Shown: positions 1-19,770, counted from the first letter of the stretch. The stretch: 64,000 nucleotides of DNA from the human T2T-CHM13v2.0 reference genome, Homo sapiens (GCF_009914755.1 NC_060932.1), one strand, 5' to 3'. Notes: a model not told the origin generated them from the letters alone. Numbers and translations: made by a program.

Positions 1-907
1 AATTGAAGGTTGCACCTCACGTTCCACGCTGTGCCCACACATATACCTGGAATAGTTTCTAAATTCCAGGGGACTGATCTAGTATCTTGATCACTGAGCA
101 GACTCTGCCCAAGTTCACATGTGCTAAGAAGTCCCTCTCCTCACGTGGACACTGGTCAAGTGGAACCTGGGGCTTGTGTCATCATGTCTTGAAGCCCTTC
201 ACATTCTTCAGCCCTCAAGGTCCTATCACAGTACCTGGAAAAATATCTGACTACTTCCCACATGACCTAGGAATATTTGGAGACCGTTATAACCACAACA
301 ACCATCTCCTGTCTCCAGTGCCATTGGGGAAAGAGAATTTTGCAGCCTTGTGAACTCTCGGAGGCCCTTGGTAGGAAGCCATGAACCAGTGTCTTCCAGC
401 TGGGGCACGGGGAGGGCCGTTCCTGTCCTATCTCCACAGAGCTTGGTCTGGCAAAGATGAGGTAGGCAGGAAAGACCAAGAGCTTCTTCTCAGAGACACT
501 TACGGATGCTCTTCTCTGCTGCTGACACTGCCCTCTCTTTTCTAACCCATAAAGGGGATCCTTTTTCTAGTCTGGATGGGCCAAGGAAAATGCCTGGCTC
601 TGATAGTGTCCTCTCTGCCTGTTGTTCAGGTCACAGTCTCAGCTCAAAGACTTAGCCTGCCATAACTCAGAACGCCTTTTCTCTACACATGCTGTCCTTG
701 TGTTTGAAAAGTCTATTTTGAACCTCAAAAAGTGAGCATGAATATATTTATTGTTCTTTGATTTGCTCGGGGATCAGTAAACTCAGACTGTCTTAACTGC
801 CTGGGCTGTGTGTGCCATGGTCCAGGGATGTGGACAGGTGGCAGGAGAGGACAGAAGCACATTGGTGAATAATCCAAAGCATTATTCTTCCCCACTGTCA
901 CTCTCAG

Positions 908-1090
908 GTATAAAGCACATGACCTTTAGAATAAGACCTATCTTTGAATTCTGACTTTCCTGTTTTTAAAACAATATGTTTTTTGACCAATTTCAGAAAG
1001 TCACTAATTCTCAGATTCCTGTTTCTTATAAAATCGAGATGATCAGATGGGCCTCAAGGTAGATACAAATAAGAGAAGTGATAATGCCTG
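908..1090 (+). mobile_element. MIR fragment
   Basis: Degenerate MIR core (ctcagattcctgtttcttataaaatcgagatgat); boundaries approximate. Confidence 0.5.
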
Positions 1091-1290
1091 TCACGAAGGG
1101 AAAATGTCAACAAAAGTTTATTTGATTATGAGGTGGGGCTCAGAGCATAGGTTGTGTAGATGTCAGTCAAGAGAGAACATTATATTCCTCCAGCTTCTTG
1201 AATCCATAGCAGTAAAATGACTGTTTCTCATTTGGATATGTGGGGAGGTAGAAACTGACAAAACTACGGGCTTCAAGAGCTGAAAAACCA

Positions 1291-1592
<302 letters not shown>

Positions 1593-2588
1593 GAGCTGAA
1601 AAATCTGGGTTTGTATTCCAGCTTTGTCACTGACAGACATGTTTCCTAAACTTTCAGGGCCACAGTTTACTCATTTATAAAAAAGGTGATTTCATAATTA
1701 CTGTATGGAGCTAAATGGTGGTTATCACATTACCATTCCCCCTGTTTGATCCTTGAACCGGAGAGAATCATGCCTAGGGGTTCCTAAGAACCAGAACAGA
1801 AATTGGAACTGGTGTCTAGTTGGTGAAGAAAAGGGATAATATGACACCCAATCAAGCAAGCAAAGTGAGAGAAGGTCTGGATTTGTCTTGAAATCATGTA
1901 GACATGTAGTGAGTGATGACAAGGACCCTTGAGAATTTAAGAAAGGATGCCACGGTCACTTTAGCTTTTAAACCTAGACCTGTACTAAATGGGGACCTAT
2001 TTTGTGCCTTAGTGTTACAGGCTTAACGTGTAATCATCTTAATTGGTTTACTTTTAAAGGATTCAAGTGCACTCAAAAAGACCACAAAACTTGATACAGA
2101 ATTTTCAATAAATATTGAATAAATGGAAAACTGGATAAATTAAATGGGGGGTGGGAAGAGAAGCGTACAAAATTTTATCTTTCAAAGCCTTCAGAATATG
2201 TTGTGTTGGCTTGTTGTCATTAAGCCTTATACATGAGGATGAAATAAAAGCAAATGTTTTTATTTTATTTGCTAATGAACAACAATGAACCAATTAACCT
2301 AGTTCATATGTAAGGTATGATTTTCTGGAGCAAAGAGTTCCATTTTCAGCTTGATGTATAATGGTCGAGGTAAAGCTTCCACTACAGAAGAGAACACAGT
2401 TTTCTCAAGATTCCTAGGGATGAAGCATATGCATACCAGTGAAAAAATGACTATCTAATGTAGAAATATTATTAGGACAATGTAGGGGTGTGACTGTTGA
2501 GCTTGAAGAAATGGCAGAGCTGGTGTTCAAACCAAATGTAGACATTTACTTATAATACAAGATGTACAAGCTGTTTACCTTGCTTAAC

Positions 2589-2879
<291 letters not shown>

Positions 2880-3170
2880 TGCTTAACATTTTTGAGTCAT
2901 AATAGTCACATTTTACCTGAAGATCATAGCTACTTTGCAGTGTTTTTGCGAAAAGTCAAGCTCATATATATTGTTAAAGAGTAGGCCCTGAGTGAATGGT
3001 TGTACTGTGATGATGCTGCATGTTCCCTGAAGATCCTCCTGGTCTGGATAAGAAGACATGTCTAGGGAAGAAGAAGCAGTAGGAGTAGGAAGTGTGTGCT
3101 CTCCCACCCTGTGAGTTCTGAGGTGAGTGGAGAAGAGGGAGGAAAACATGCAGTCGATAAGTGCTGCAGA

Positions 3171-3464
3171 GGCCAAGCACGGTGGCTCACACCTGTAATC
3201 CCAGCACTTGGGAGGCCGAGGCGGGCGGGTCACCTGAGATCAGAAGTTCGAGACCAGCCTGTCCAACATGGCGAAACCCCGTCTCTATAAAAAATACAAA
3301 AATTAGCTGGGCGTGGTGGCTCACGCCTGTAATCCCAGCTGCTTGGGAGGCTGAGGAACGAGAATCACTTGAACAGGGGAGGTGGAGGTTGCACTGCACT
3401 CCAGCCTGGGTGACAGAGTGAGACTCTGTCTCAAAAAAAAAAAAAAAAAAAAAAGAAGAAGAAG
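3171..3464 (+). mobile_element. Alu (AluS-like) with short right-arm deletion
   Basis: Alu dimer; gttgca joined to ctgcactcc near 3392; TSD aagtgctgcaga/aagtgttgcaga. Confidence 0.97.
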
Positions 3465-3615
3465 AAGTGTTGCAGAAACCCTTGGAGCATCTGTGGAGTC
3501 GTGTGTGCATGTACATGGAGGTAAGAAGCAAATTATGACTAAGGATAAAGAGACTGAAAAACTGGGCCAGGTTCAAATCCTGGGACAGACACACTTTGGT
3601 CTGGGACTTGTAAGT

Positions 3616-3944
3616 ATTTTTTTATTTTTTTATTTTTTTTGTTCTGTTTTGTTTGAGACGGAGTTTTACTCTTGTTGCCCAGGGGAGTACAGTGGCGCAT
3701 TCTTGGCTCACTGCAACCTCCACCTCTTGGGTTCAAGTGATTCTTCTCCCTCAGCCTCTGGAGTAGCTGGAATTACAGGCATGTGCCACTACATCTGGCA
3801 CCCAGCTAATGTTTTTGTATTTTTACTAGAGATGGGGTTTCAGCATGTTGGCCAGGCTGGTCTCAAACTCCTGACTTCAAGTGATCTGCCCGCCTCGACC
3901 TCCCAAAGTGCCGGGATTACAGGCGTAAGCCACCGTGCCTGGCC
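3616..3944 (-). mobile_element. Alu (AluS-like)
   Basis: Reverse Alu, TSD tgtaagt. Confidence 0.96.
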
Positions 3945-4397
3945 TGTAAGTTTTGTTTCACAATAAGCACAAGAAGGACGGTGCCATGAGATTACACTTT
4001 AGGTTCACCCAGATAAAGTAAAAACCAATGGTAGTGTCTAACACATCATGGTTTCTCAACAATTGTAGAATAAATCCATACCCAGATTGAATGGAATAGA
4101 GGGGAGGTCTACAAGCTCTTGCCCTCAAAGATGGTTTTCTTCAGGATACTCATCCTTATTGCCAGGGGCCCAGTGGAGGTGAGGAAAATGCTTGTTTTCT
4201 TCTATCTTAAGGAGCCTGCATCTTCAATTATTTTAAGTCAGTCCTGCAAATGGATGGAGTAGGTACCATTCATGTGTTCAATGGGAAGCTTCGCCAAATT
4301 TATGCTGACATATAGATCTCTCCTTCAGTAATCTGATAAATATTTGAGATTCCTTAATTAAAGCCTAACATCAGGGTTTTCCAGATAAACTGAACAC

Positions 4398-4400
<3 letters not shown>

Positions 4401-4431
<31 letters not shown>

Positions 4432-4448
4432 TGTGTGTGTATGTGTGT
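4401..4448. repeat. (CA)n abutting (TG)n microsatellite
   Basis: Read directly. Confidence 0.95.
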
Positions 4449-4450
4449 CT

Positions 4451-4782
4451 GGTCCTTTGGTATCAGTAGAAGATTGATTCCAGGACCCCTGCAGATACCA
4501 AAATCAGTGGATGCTCAAGTCTTTTATATATAAAACTGTAATATTTGCATGTAACCTACACATACCCTTCGGCATATTTTAAATCACCTCCAGATTACTA
4601 ATAATACCTATGTAAGTAGTTACTAATAATCCCATGTAAATAGTTAAGGTGTGTTTTTCAATTTGTATCATTTCTATTGTCATATTATTATTTTTAATTG
4701 TTTCATTTTTCTGAAGGGTTCATCTGTGGTTGGTTAAATCTACAGATGTCAGACATGAAACCCACAGATATTGGGGGGTCCA

Positions 4783-4785
<3 letters not shown>
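4451..4785. mobile_element. MER2 (TcMar-Tigger) DNA transposon
   Basis: ttccaggacccctgcagataccaaaatc...gatgctcaagtc...cccacagatattgggggg matches recalled MER2. Confidence 0.8.
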
Positions 4786-4818
<33 letters not shown>

Positions 4819-4974
4819 CATGTGTGTGTAGATAGAGAGAGAGAGTGAGAGAGAGAATGGAGGCTAGAAATTCCAAAAACTACAGGATTGGCTGACAAGC
4901 TGGAGTCCCAGGGAATAGCTTTGTTGAAGGCTATGTCTGAAGACCATCTGCAAGCAGAATTCCTAATTCTTTGT

Positions 4975-7270
<2,296 letters not shown>

Positions 7271-7808
7271 AATTGCTAATTCCTTCTTGCTCAGAGGAGG
7301 TCAGTCTTTGGTCTATCAGGCCTTCAACTGATTAGAAGAGGCCCACCCACATTATGGAGAGCCATTTGCTTTACTCAAAGTCCATCAGTTTAAACGTTAA
7401 TCTCCTTTAAGAAAAATGTCCCCACAGAAACATCCTGAACGTTTGACCAAATAGCTGGGCACCGTGACTCAGCCAATTGACCTAAAATTAATCATCACTG
7501 GGGTCCGTAAGAAGAACCTGAATTAGGATAAGCTATGGCATCTGACACACTCTCCCTACAGCCTCTCCCAAAGAAAAAGAGTCCTCCTTTCATAATGATG
7601 GAGAGGAGGTCAAAAATGGTGAAGAGTGTAGCTGTCCCCTAAGAGACGCCCAGAAGGAAGGCAGCAATGGATTGGATAGAAGCTTCTGAGAGAGAAGTGG
7701 GGAACTCCACGCAGACGAACCTTACTTAGTTTACAACTAAAGGCTTTCTAAGCTGGGTAATGCCTGTGGAGCAAAACCATTGCCTCTCATAATAAAAACT
7801 AAAACTCA

Positions 7809-8285
<477 letters not shown>

Positions 8286-8289
8286 CTAG

Positions 8290-8602
<313 letters not shown>

Positions 8603-8936
8603 GATTTCTGTAGTAATTCTAAGGAGAATTTAATAAAAACTCGGGGTGACTTTAAAGGCAAGCAAACAAAAAACACTACAGAAATAACAGCTTGATAACA
8701 TGTAATGCTCACTCTGTGGTGCTCTCAGGCTCAATACTATCCTGATCTCTGGGCTGACTTTAGGTGTTGGGACCTGTCAAACTGGAACCCAAATACCTCA
8801 CAGCTTACAGAGCAGAAAGTCAAGACAGTGAGGCTCATAGACCGAGTTCTTCTTCCCTTGCTGTTACTTTGAAATTCATTCTTTGTTTTTGCATTTTGGT
8901 GTCTCCAAAACAGGGTTAAGTGAAACAAAATTAATC

Positions 8937-9177
8937 AAAAAGGAGAAATGAAGGAGGAAAATGACAGGAAGAGAAAGAGAGAGAGGAAGGAAGGAAAGAA
9001 AGGAGGAAGGAAGGAAGAAAGGAAGGGAGGGAGGGAGGAAGGGGGGAGGGAAGGAGAGAGGGAAGAGAGAGGGAAAGATGAAAGGAAGAGAAAGAAAAAA
9101 GGAAAAAGAAAAAAGAAACAAAGAAAAGAAAAGAAAGGAAGTAAATGTACAAAGAATAAAAAAGAGAAGGAAAGAAA
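8937..9177. repeat. Polypurine (GGAA/GA/AAAG) low-complexity tract
   Basis: About 240 bp almost free of pyrimidines on +. Confidence 0.95.
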
Positions 9178-9881
9178 TTCTTAAAAACTGTGAGATCCTA
9201 TTCAATTTAAGATCTGGAATACAAAACTTTTTGTACCTACAAGTCATTCATTGCTTCCACAGCAATGAATTTTACCCACCAAATTTTGTCTTCTGCACAG
9301 ATGTCCTATTTGCTTTGCTAATGGAAGAAATACTCTTCTTTTTCTTTGTTCACTTAACAGTTAACTTAATAAAGGAGTTGGATATTATTGCTTTCTGAAA
9401 TGCAATTGCTAGTTAATTTTTGCAGTTTAGCATCTGCTTCACAGTAACATTAAAAAACTGAGTTCTTGAGTGTAAGCATCATCAAAAATAAATGCTTTTG
9501 TTTTGCAAAGTAATTTCCTTTGTAAACTCACAAATCTTTTGGACCACATGCTTCTGTGACAGCTGTAGAGGTATCAGACCAGACTCTATTACGCATTTGC
9601 CTTTAATTGTCCATAAGCACCTTTCTTCCTTCCTAACAGCACCATTAAGAGATTTTACCTATATTCTGTGTCAGAAATCATTTGCAGTGGGCCATGGGAC
9701 CCTGCCGTGGACATTCAAAGGTTATATCTCTCTTCACAAAGCAGAGTCCTGGGGCTAACGGGACTTGCCCTTAGAATGACCAGGCTTTTTGAGAACCAAC
9801 TGAGCACACAGCCATGACATAATATAATCATATAATAAATAATTATGCACATGTTCATGTACTTTATTATTATATATATAA

Positions 9882-10360
<479 letters not shown>

Positions 10361-10451
10361 ATATTATTAAAATACAAATATAACTACCTATTTGAAATTA
10401 TACTCTGCAATACTTAATTTCTATTATATGAATGTTTTTATTTAAAAATAG

Positions 10452-10640
10452 CAGCCAAGGTGGGAGGATCACTTGAGTTCAAAACCAACTTGAACAACAT
10501 AGTAAGAACCCATCTCTACAAAAAATTAAAAAATTAAAAATTTAGCCTAGGCACAGTGGCGTGTGTCTGTAGTCCTAGCTACTTGGGAGGCTGAGGCAGG
10601 AGGATCGCTTGAGCCCAGGAGTTCCAGGCTGCAGTGAGCT
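10452..10640 (+). mobile_element. Partial Alu (AluJ-like)
   Basis: ggaggatcacttgag...ggaggatcgcttgagcccaggagttc (J-type); truncated at both ends. Confidence 0.88.
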
Positions 10641-11102
10641 CAGTGGGTTTGCTCTTGACTGTGCCATTGGTATTTATTTGCCAGTGAGTGTGTGGGGAGG
10701 AGGTGCCTCTTTGGAGGTGTGGAGATGGATCTTGGCCAGGTGGACTGGGATGTCTACATGCAGGACGGAGCAGCCCCTGGACGTGTGCAACAGACCAGGC
10801 TTGGGAAGAGTAAAGCTGGACCTGAGACCTACTAGCTCCACGTCTTCATGTCTGACATGGAATTCCAAGGAGCCTTTGAATTTTAATCTGAATATGGGCT
10901 TCCAGGTCATTATGAAGGTAAGATGATAGGGCATCTTTTTTTTCAATAATTTGCTAGATTGATTTATAATCTTCAAATATGTGTAAAGATGCTATGTTGA
11001 TATCCATTTTACCCCAGGCCCTGGCAAACATTATGGCCGGGGAATGGCTGGTTACGAGTCTTTTGTTTGAAAGGTTTAATCTTTGCTTGTAGATCTAGCC
11101 AC

Positions 11103-11121
11103 TTACCACGAGGTGGCAATA
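11103..11121 (+). promoter_or_regulatory. CTCF-binding motif candidate
   Basis: TTACCACGAGGTGGCAATA matches the CTCF core CCASYAGRKGGCR except one position; lies in unique sequence. Confidence 0.6.
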
Positions 11122-11224
11122 GCAACCTGCACAAAGAATGCCAAGCTCCAAGCAAGGTGTGGATTCTCCACTGATTTCCTGGGCCGAAGAATTTTCCTAT
11201 GTTTTAGAAATATTGTGATGAAGT

Positions 11225-11366
11225 TTCATTTTTATGTGATGAAAATGTTTTAAAATTGATTGTCGTGATGGTTGCACAACTCTGTGAACGGACTAGGAGC
11301 CATTGGATTGTACACTTTAAATAGGTGAATTGTATAATATGTAAATTATATCTCAATAAAGCTGTT
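11225..11366 (+). mobile_element. L1MB-type 3' end fragment
   Basis: gatggttgcacaactctgtgaa...tgtaaattatatctcaataaagctgtt. Confidence 0.85.
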
Positions 11367-12200
11367 ATATATATATGTATATATAAATATATATACATCT
11401 GTGTGTGTGTGTGTATATAGTTATCTCACCCAAGATCCTGCCTCCAGAAAGACCCACATTAAATAGATCCTGATGGATCTCCCTGGTTCAAAAATAAATG
11501 GTATTTTGTTTATTTCTAAAAGTGAATAGTATTGTAAATGGTAGACCTATGGATATTTCTCTTTTTACATATTTCTTTATTTAAAAATAGAAATGCCCAT
11601 GAATGTTACTTTCTTTTAAAGTTGGAGAGGAATCCTTTATCCTACTCTGTGGTCAGTGTTATCTGAGGATCTTTGCTATCAAAGAAGCTGAAATGGAGCC
11701 AAATTGTGAAAAGAAGATTAGTGACAGGACTAACAATTGCAAAGAAAGATCACATAAATAGTCAAACAGGAAAAGCCAAATCACTGCCTTGGGCCTTGAA
11801 AGAGATTAGTTGGGTTTTTGTCTACAAGAAAAGATAAATATTGTTGGAATTAAATCTCTCTCTCCTCACTGCCCCCAACCCACCCCCACTGCACCGCACT
11901 TGGCCACGTGTGACTCCTGAGGAATACCTGCAATTGTAAGACCAGGAGTATATCAGGTTCATGCAAATAGACAGTCCACTGGAACACGTCCTAGTTAGGC
12001 AATCACTGAAATTATATTGCAACTCTGGAGGGGAAATGTTGATGGGACTGAAGCACCACAATGTGATATCTACCTAATCTGCTCATCTTCATCTAGTCCG
12101 ACCTTTTAAAATACAAATCAAGCATAAAATAAATCAAACTTCAAGAGTTATTTATCATTTCTCTTATCCATTCATATCCAATGATTAATAGGGATGCTGA

Positions 12201-12529
<329 letters not shown>

Positions 12530-13094
12530 TCAGAGCATTAAAAGTTCTCATTTGAAGCAAATGAAAACAATAAATCTAGACTATACATTGCTCAATCCCC
12601 TGTAGACCTCATAATAAACATGCATTTGGATTAGTGATTGAAGTACAGAGTATTTTCCACACAAGTCTGCTTACAACAGCCTTCCTTTCCGTGACACTTG
12701 CTGGGTACAAATTCCAGTTCCTCAAATGGACACATTTGTAACATCTCTGTGTGTAAATTTTAGTGTAATAACAACATCCACACAATAGAGTATGAATATG
12801 AGTTGATGAATGTAAAGCATTTAGATTAGTGTCTGTATATAAAGCAAACATGTAACAGGTTGCTACTCTTGTTGTTGCTATGATTAATTGCTAGGAATTT
12901 TTAGACTCACTGTCAAACAGTGTGGAAGAAAACTTGCTTTCTTAAATCCAGGATATAGAGTCATTGAAACATTTCACTCATTTTTGTCCTCTCAGGCTTC
13001 ACCTGGAAGGGAACTTTATGATCCAAGAACCTCAAAGGAAGGCCTTTGGAAAAAGTAAGAAATGGTATTGCATTCTTACCTTTTCAAGACAACA

Positions 13095-13496
<402 letters not shown>

Positions 13497-13789
13497 TGAT
13501 ATAAAATATCTGCTTTTCAAATAAAGCTAAAATGATGTCTGTTTTGTTGTGGGACATTGCAAAACTCTTTGAGAGAACTGGAGATACTATAGAATTTGGA
13601 CAAATTAGAACTGGAATTTACAGAGCTAAAAGTTCATGAGACCCTTGGCAGGGTGGAGCTAGTTTTCTGGGTGAGGAAATGTGATACCCCACCTCCTGAC
13701 AGGATGGGGTAACCTGTAAAGTACGAGGAGTTTGGCTCTTGCTGTGTCGCCAAGCCTACAATTTGGTGACGTCTCTTCTATTAGAGCAA

Positions 13790-14900
<1,111 letters not shown>

Positions 14901-15366
14901 AAATCCATTTATCTGTCTTAAATAGTCCAGTTTTATCAGCGCCCTTCCTGTTCCTCAACACTTTTTCTCAGAAAGGAATCTAAAACTCACTCCATTGTGT
15001 AAGAGACTGATAAAGGATAAAAGCATTAGCACTACCTAAGGAATTTGCATCTTAATGGGCTTAAAGACTGAATACAATTATTACATTTTACTAGTAAAAT
15101 TTCAAGGGAGAGAAAAGGAAGAGAAGGGAGTAAAGGCAGCATTTGATAGGAACAGCGTAAAATCGCAGCACATACACAACTCGGCTTTTGCCTTAGGCCA
15201 GTCAGTTTGCATTAAAAGTTGTAACGTTATCTTCAACTTACAGCTCCATTGATACAAAAAGAGTCCTGCTTACATGAAATAGCTGCTCTCGGATTGGAAG
15301 AAATTCTATGTGTTCTCAGAGTCAAGAGTCAATTCTCTAAATGGATTGCAGTCTCTAAATTTACAG

Positions 15367-15529
15367 CAGTGGCTCTCAAACTTAGCCGTACATCAGAATT
15401 GCCTGGACAACTGGATAAAGTACAGATTGAGAGTTTCTTATTCAGTAAATTTTGAGTTCAACCTAAGAATTTGCTTTTCTAACAAGTTCCCAGGTGATGT
15501 CATTACAAGCTCAAGTTTGAGAACCACTG
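15367..15529. mobile_element. MER5 (hAT-Charlie)
   Basis: Terminal inverted repeats cagtggctctcaaa ... tttgagaaccactg; internal taacaagttcccaggtgatg. Confidence 0.85.
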
Positions 15530-16516
15530 GTTTATGGTGTGTTCCTCTTTTCCTTGTTAACAAGGGCACCGTGAGTCATTACCCATAATTCATCTCACAT
15601 TTAATGAAAAAGAATTTTACTTTCTGAAGAGAAAAAGCTTAAGTTCTTTATAACCATCCTAATATGAAACATCAAGTGCATAGTGTGTTCTGATGGCCCA
15701 CATACCTGTCTCCCTCCAAAAACATACAGAAAAATGTTATAAACACATATGTTATATTGAAATATTCCATTTTGATCATTCTCTCGCACCATTACATTTC
15801 AACATTGTATTTCAGACACAGAGAACAAATTTGAATTTCAGAAAACTACCAGTAAATGAAGGGCATAGTAAAAATTCAAGACAGCTTTGGTCAAAAGATA
15901 CAGGAGAAAAGATGAATGACTTTCTCAAAATGGAAACATCGCACCTCCACTGCTTAATGACTATGATCTTATCATAAGGAAGAATGATTCTGGGACCTAA
16001 ATCGAAAGTAGTTTGTTGTATTTATGAAGTGATGCTAAAATTAATGGATACAATATCCCCTTCAAAACCAAGTGAGAATAGAGCTGGAAAATGCTTAATA
16101 CAAATCTGGATTCTTCTGCAAATAAATATAAATTGTATGGTTAAATGGTTGTATTACTCCTCCCTGCCTATCCATCTTAGGCACGCTGCCCCACCTCGGT
16201 GAGCCTCAGTCTCTTCATCTGTGAAATGAGTGTGATCAACTGAACAAACTCTAAGGACTGTCCCTTGTCTAACATTCACTGCTTCACTAATGAGTGTGCA
16301 AGGGACGTTCTTGTGCGAGTGCACAGCGGGCTGATTCTATTTGTAACATCAACCAGCGGTGCTTCTAAGTCCTAGTCAGTTCACTGCCATTTAGGGTTAA
16401 CGCTGCCTTTTTCTTTGAAACACAGAGAGCGTTCATGACAAATATAATGATAAAAATAGAACAATTAATCACGTTTTAACAGAAATTTACAAAAGAAACA
16501 CGCCTCTCTTACTTGA

Positions 16517-16882
<366 letters not shown>

Positions 16883-19199
16883 TGTTATAATTTCTTACAA
16901 TTTATGATAATTAACTAAATCAATCCGTTACATATGGGGAGAGTCTGAAATGCCAGCGGCACTCTTCCCTCTGTTGTTTCTTGGCCAGCTCCTCCAAATC
17001 CCGGAAGACTCAATTCAGCCGTGAGCTCTGGGAAGCCCTCCCCGCTGCCACCCCCGGCCACCCCAGCCTACGTGTTGCCTAACCCTTGGGCTGGCCTCTG
17101 TCGCTCTATTTAGCTCACAGAATTATAATGGTCTGTTTATATAACTGCTTCCTCCACTTAACTGTGAGTTCCGCGAAGTCGCCTTGGAATCTCCTATGTC
17201 TCACATAGGCCACACTTACTAAATATTCTTGGAATAACGGGAGGAATGAATAAGCTGAGAGGATGCGTGGAGATTGTCCCTTCAAGGCAGAGCACAAGAG
17301 TGTAAACACAGTTCAAACTTCTGGTGTGGGGAAAAGAACTGCTTTACCAGGCAACAGGAGTCTACTTAGCTCTAAAGAATCTGCATCCTGGGCCAAATGA
17401 CTTTGTAGGTCTTTCCATCAACACATTTTGATACTAGCAAAATGTTATTAAATTTATATCAAGAGAAGTTTTGAACACTGAGACCTAGATCATAAGCATC
17501 AGGAATGGCTTAAAGATGTTCAGTGTATATAGTAATGAGAACAGGGGTAGAAAATGAATGAAACGTGTTCACATATCATTGTTTTATCATTTTTACCCCA
17601 GCCTGATAACATGGGTATTATTATGTGAGTTTGGCTAGTGGAGAAAGGGCAGCTCAAGGAATGTAGGGGACCTGCCCAAGTTCAGGTGCACAGTAAGTAG
17701 TGGACTAGAAATCCACCTGGCTTTTTTTGTTCCAGGTGCAATGGTCGCTGTATTCTTTCAGACACAAATTTCAAAGAAGAAGCAGCTTCAAAAACTAGAC
17801 ACACGTCTGGTGGGAAGAGAGAGGGAGTATGTTGCAAGTCAGCCTTTCTCAGTCCTTCCAAGTGGCTTCATCGAGAACTTGGTTCTACAACCCCAGCTCG
17901 TGGTTGCTTTACTCCTGTCCCCACATTTCATCTCTGAGTTTCTATGCAGCTCTGGGAGCAAGAACCCAGAGACATCTAAACTGATGTCCCTAATTGCCAA
18001 CTCTACACTAATGGCTTTGGACAGAGATTTCTCTATGGTGAATCACCCTCCAATTGCCAGTGAGTCAAACCACTTAACTCTAATCTTTAATTCATATTTT
18101 ATAAACAGTTTCATTCACTCAGACGTCTTTAATTTAAAAGCCAGGGGCAATGGCCACAGCAATTGCAAGAAGTTCCCTCACAGAGAGAAAGAAGAATGGA
18201 AAAACAAAGCTTATGTCCCTTTTCCTTCTCAAGAGAAATCACTATGAATGTAGCACCATCTCCTCCTTCCCCGCCCTGGCTGTCACCTCTAGGGCTCCTC
18301 GAAGAGGAGAGTTGGGTGCTGCAAAGGGCATTTGCAATCTGTCCTGCTATCTCTTAGATTAGCCCGGAGACAGGATTTACCATAAACCTTTATTGTAGCA
18401 GTGGTGAAGAAATTCCACAGCTATAGAACTGGAAAGATCCTGCCGGGCTTTCAACAGGACCTCCCCCGGTAGAGAAGGAAGAAAAGGATTTGATTTTGTG
18501 CTTCTTCAGAGCCCATGTCTGAGACCCTAATGAAACTTTCTATTTATACATCTGGATTGTTCTTTTGTCTAAAGATGGGGAAGGGCTTGATTTACTGTCC
18601 AAGGCACAGAGGAACAGAGGAACAGCGTGGTCTATATTTTCTGCTCTGACCTTTGGTTTAACTATCCTTATTTGCTATCTGTATGTCAAAATCATTCCTT
18701 GTGGGGCCTCCCCACACACAGCTTTTATGACAACATGCTGAAATGGGGTTGTTTATAGCATTCCCCACCTTTTGTTTCCTTTTATCACTTTTCTCAAACC
18801 TTCTTGTGTGTTTACACTCTACTCCTTACTGTCCACCTGCCAGGGTCTGTGTCACCTGTGAAAGCAATCTCCACTCCCGTCTGCACGCTAAAATCAATGT
18901 GAGCATGGCTTTGTTCCGTTTTACGTATGACCAGTGAGACCAGTTCCGATTCTCCTGCCCTCAGATGTGGACATCTGACCTTATCACCTTTGAACACCCA
19001 TGCCACAGTGAACTTTGCAGGGCTAGCGGGTGACTTAAGCAGGGCCAGTGTGTGACCTGAACAGGGCCATTATACTCCTCTCTGATTTTGGATATCTGGG
19101 TGCTGAAAGAGGTTCAGGAAAATGTAGATTTGAAGTTGATTATAGAAAGAACATGTGATTGAAACCAGCTCTATTCAACTGGACATTTCAGCTGCCTAA

Positions 19200-19515
<316 letters not shown>

Positions 19516-19770
19516 AATTTTTTTTTTTTTAAAGAATAACCTAGACAAAATGAACCACTATCCACAACGATTTGTCTTCAGTATTTACCTGTCTTGGTAT
19601 CTATACCTTGCTTCCTTATTTAACTCTGCCAGATGTGACCTCAAAGTTATTTACAGACATTCATGCTCGTAGATTCCTGGATGAGGTTTTATATCCCCCC
19701 TGGTGCTAAGTAGTTTTCTCATGTTGCTCATCCCTCTGGTTCTGCTTTTGCTTTATAAATACGTTAGAAA

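Noticed and set aside
8876-9398. Charged or F/S/L/P-rich ORFs
   Set aside because: Artefacts of the polypurine low-complexity tract
15233-15300. Minus-strand donors GCT|GTAAGT and CAT|GTAAGC
   Set aside because: No convincing matching acceptor or reading frame found
17741-18247. 168-aa ORF in unique sequence
   Set aside because: No recognisable domain or convincing exon structure; compatible with chance
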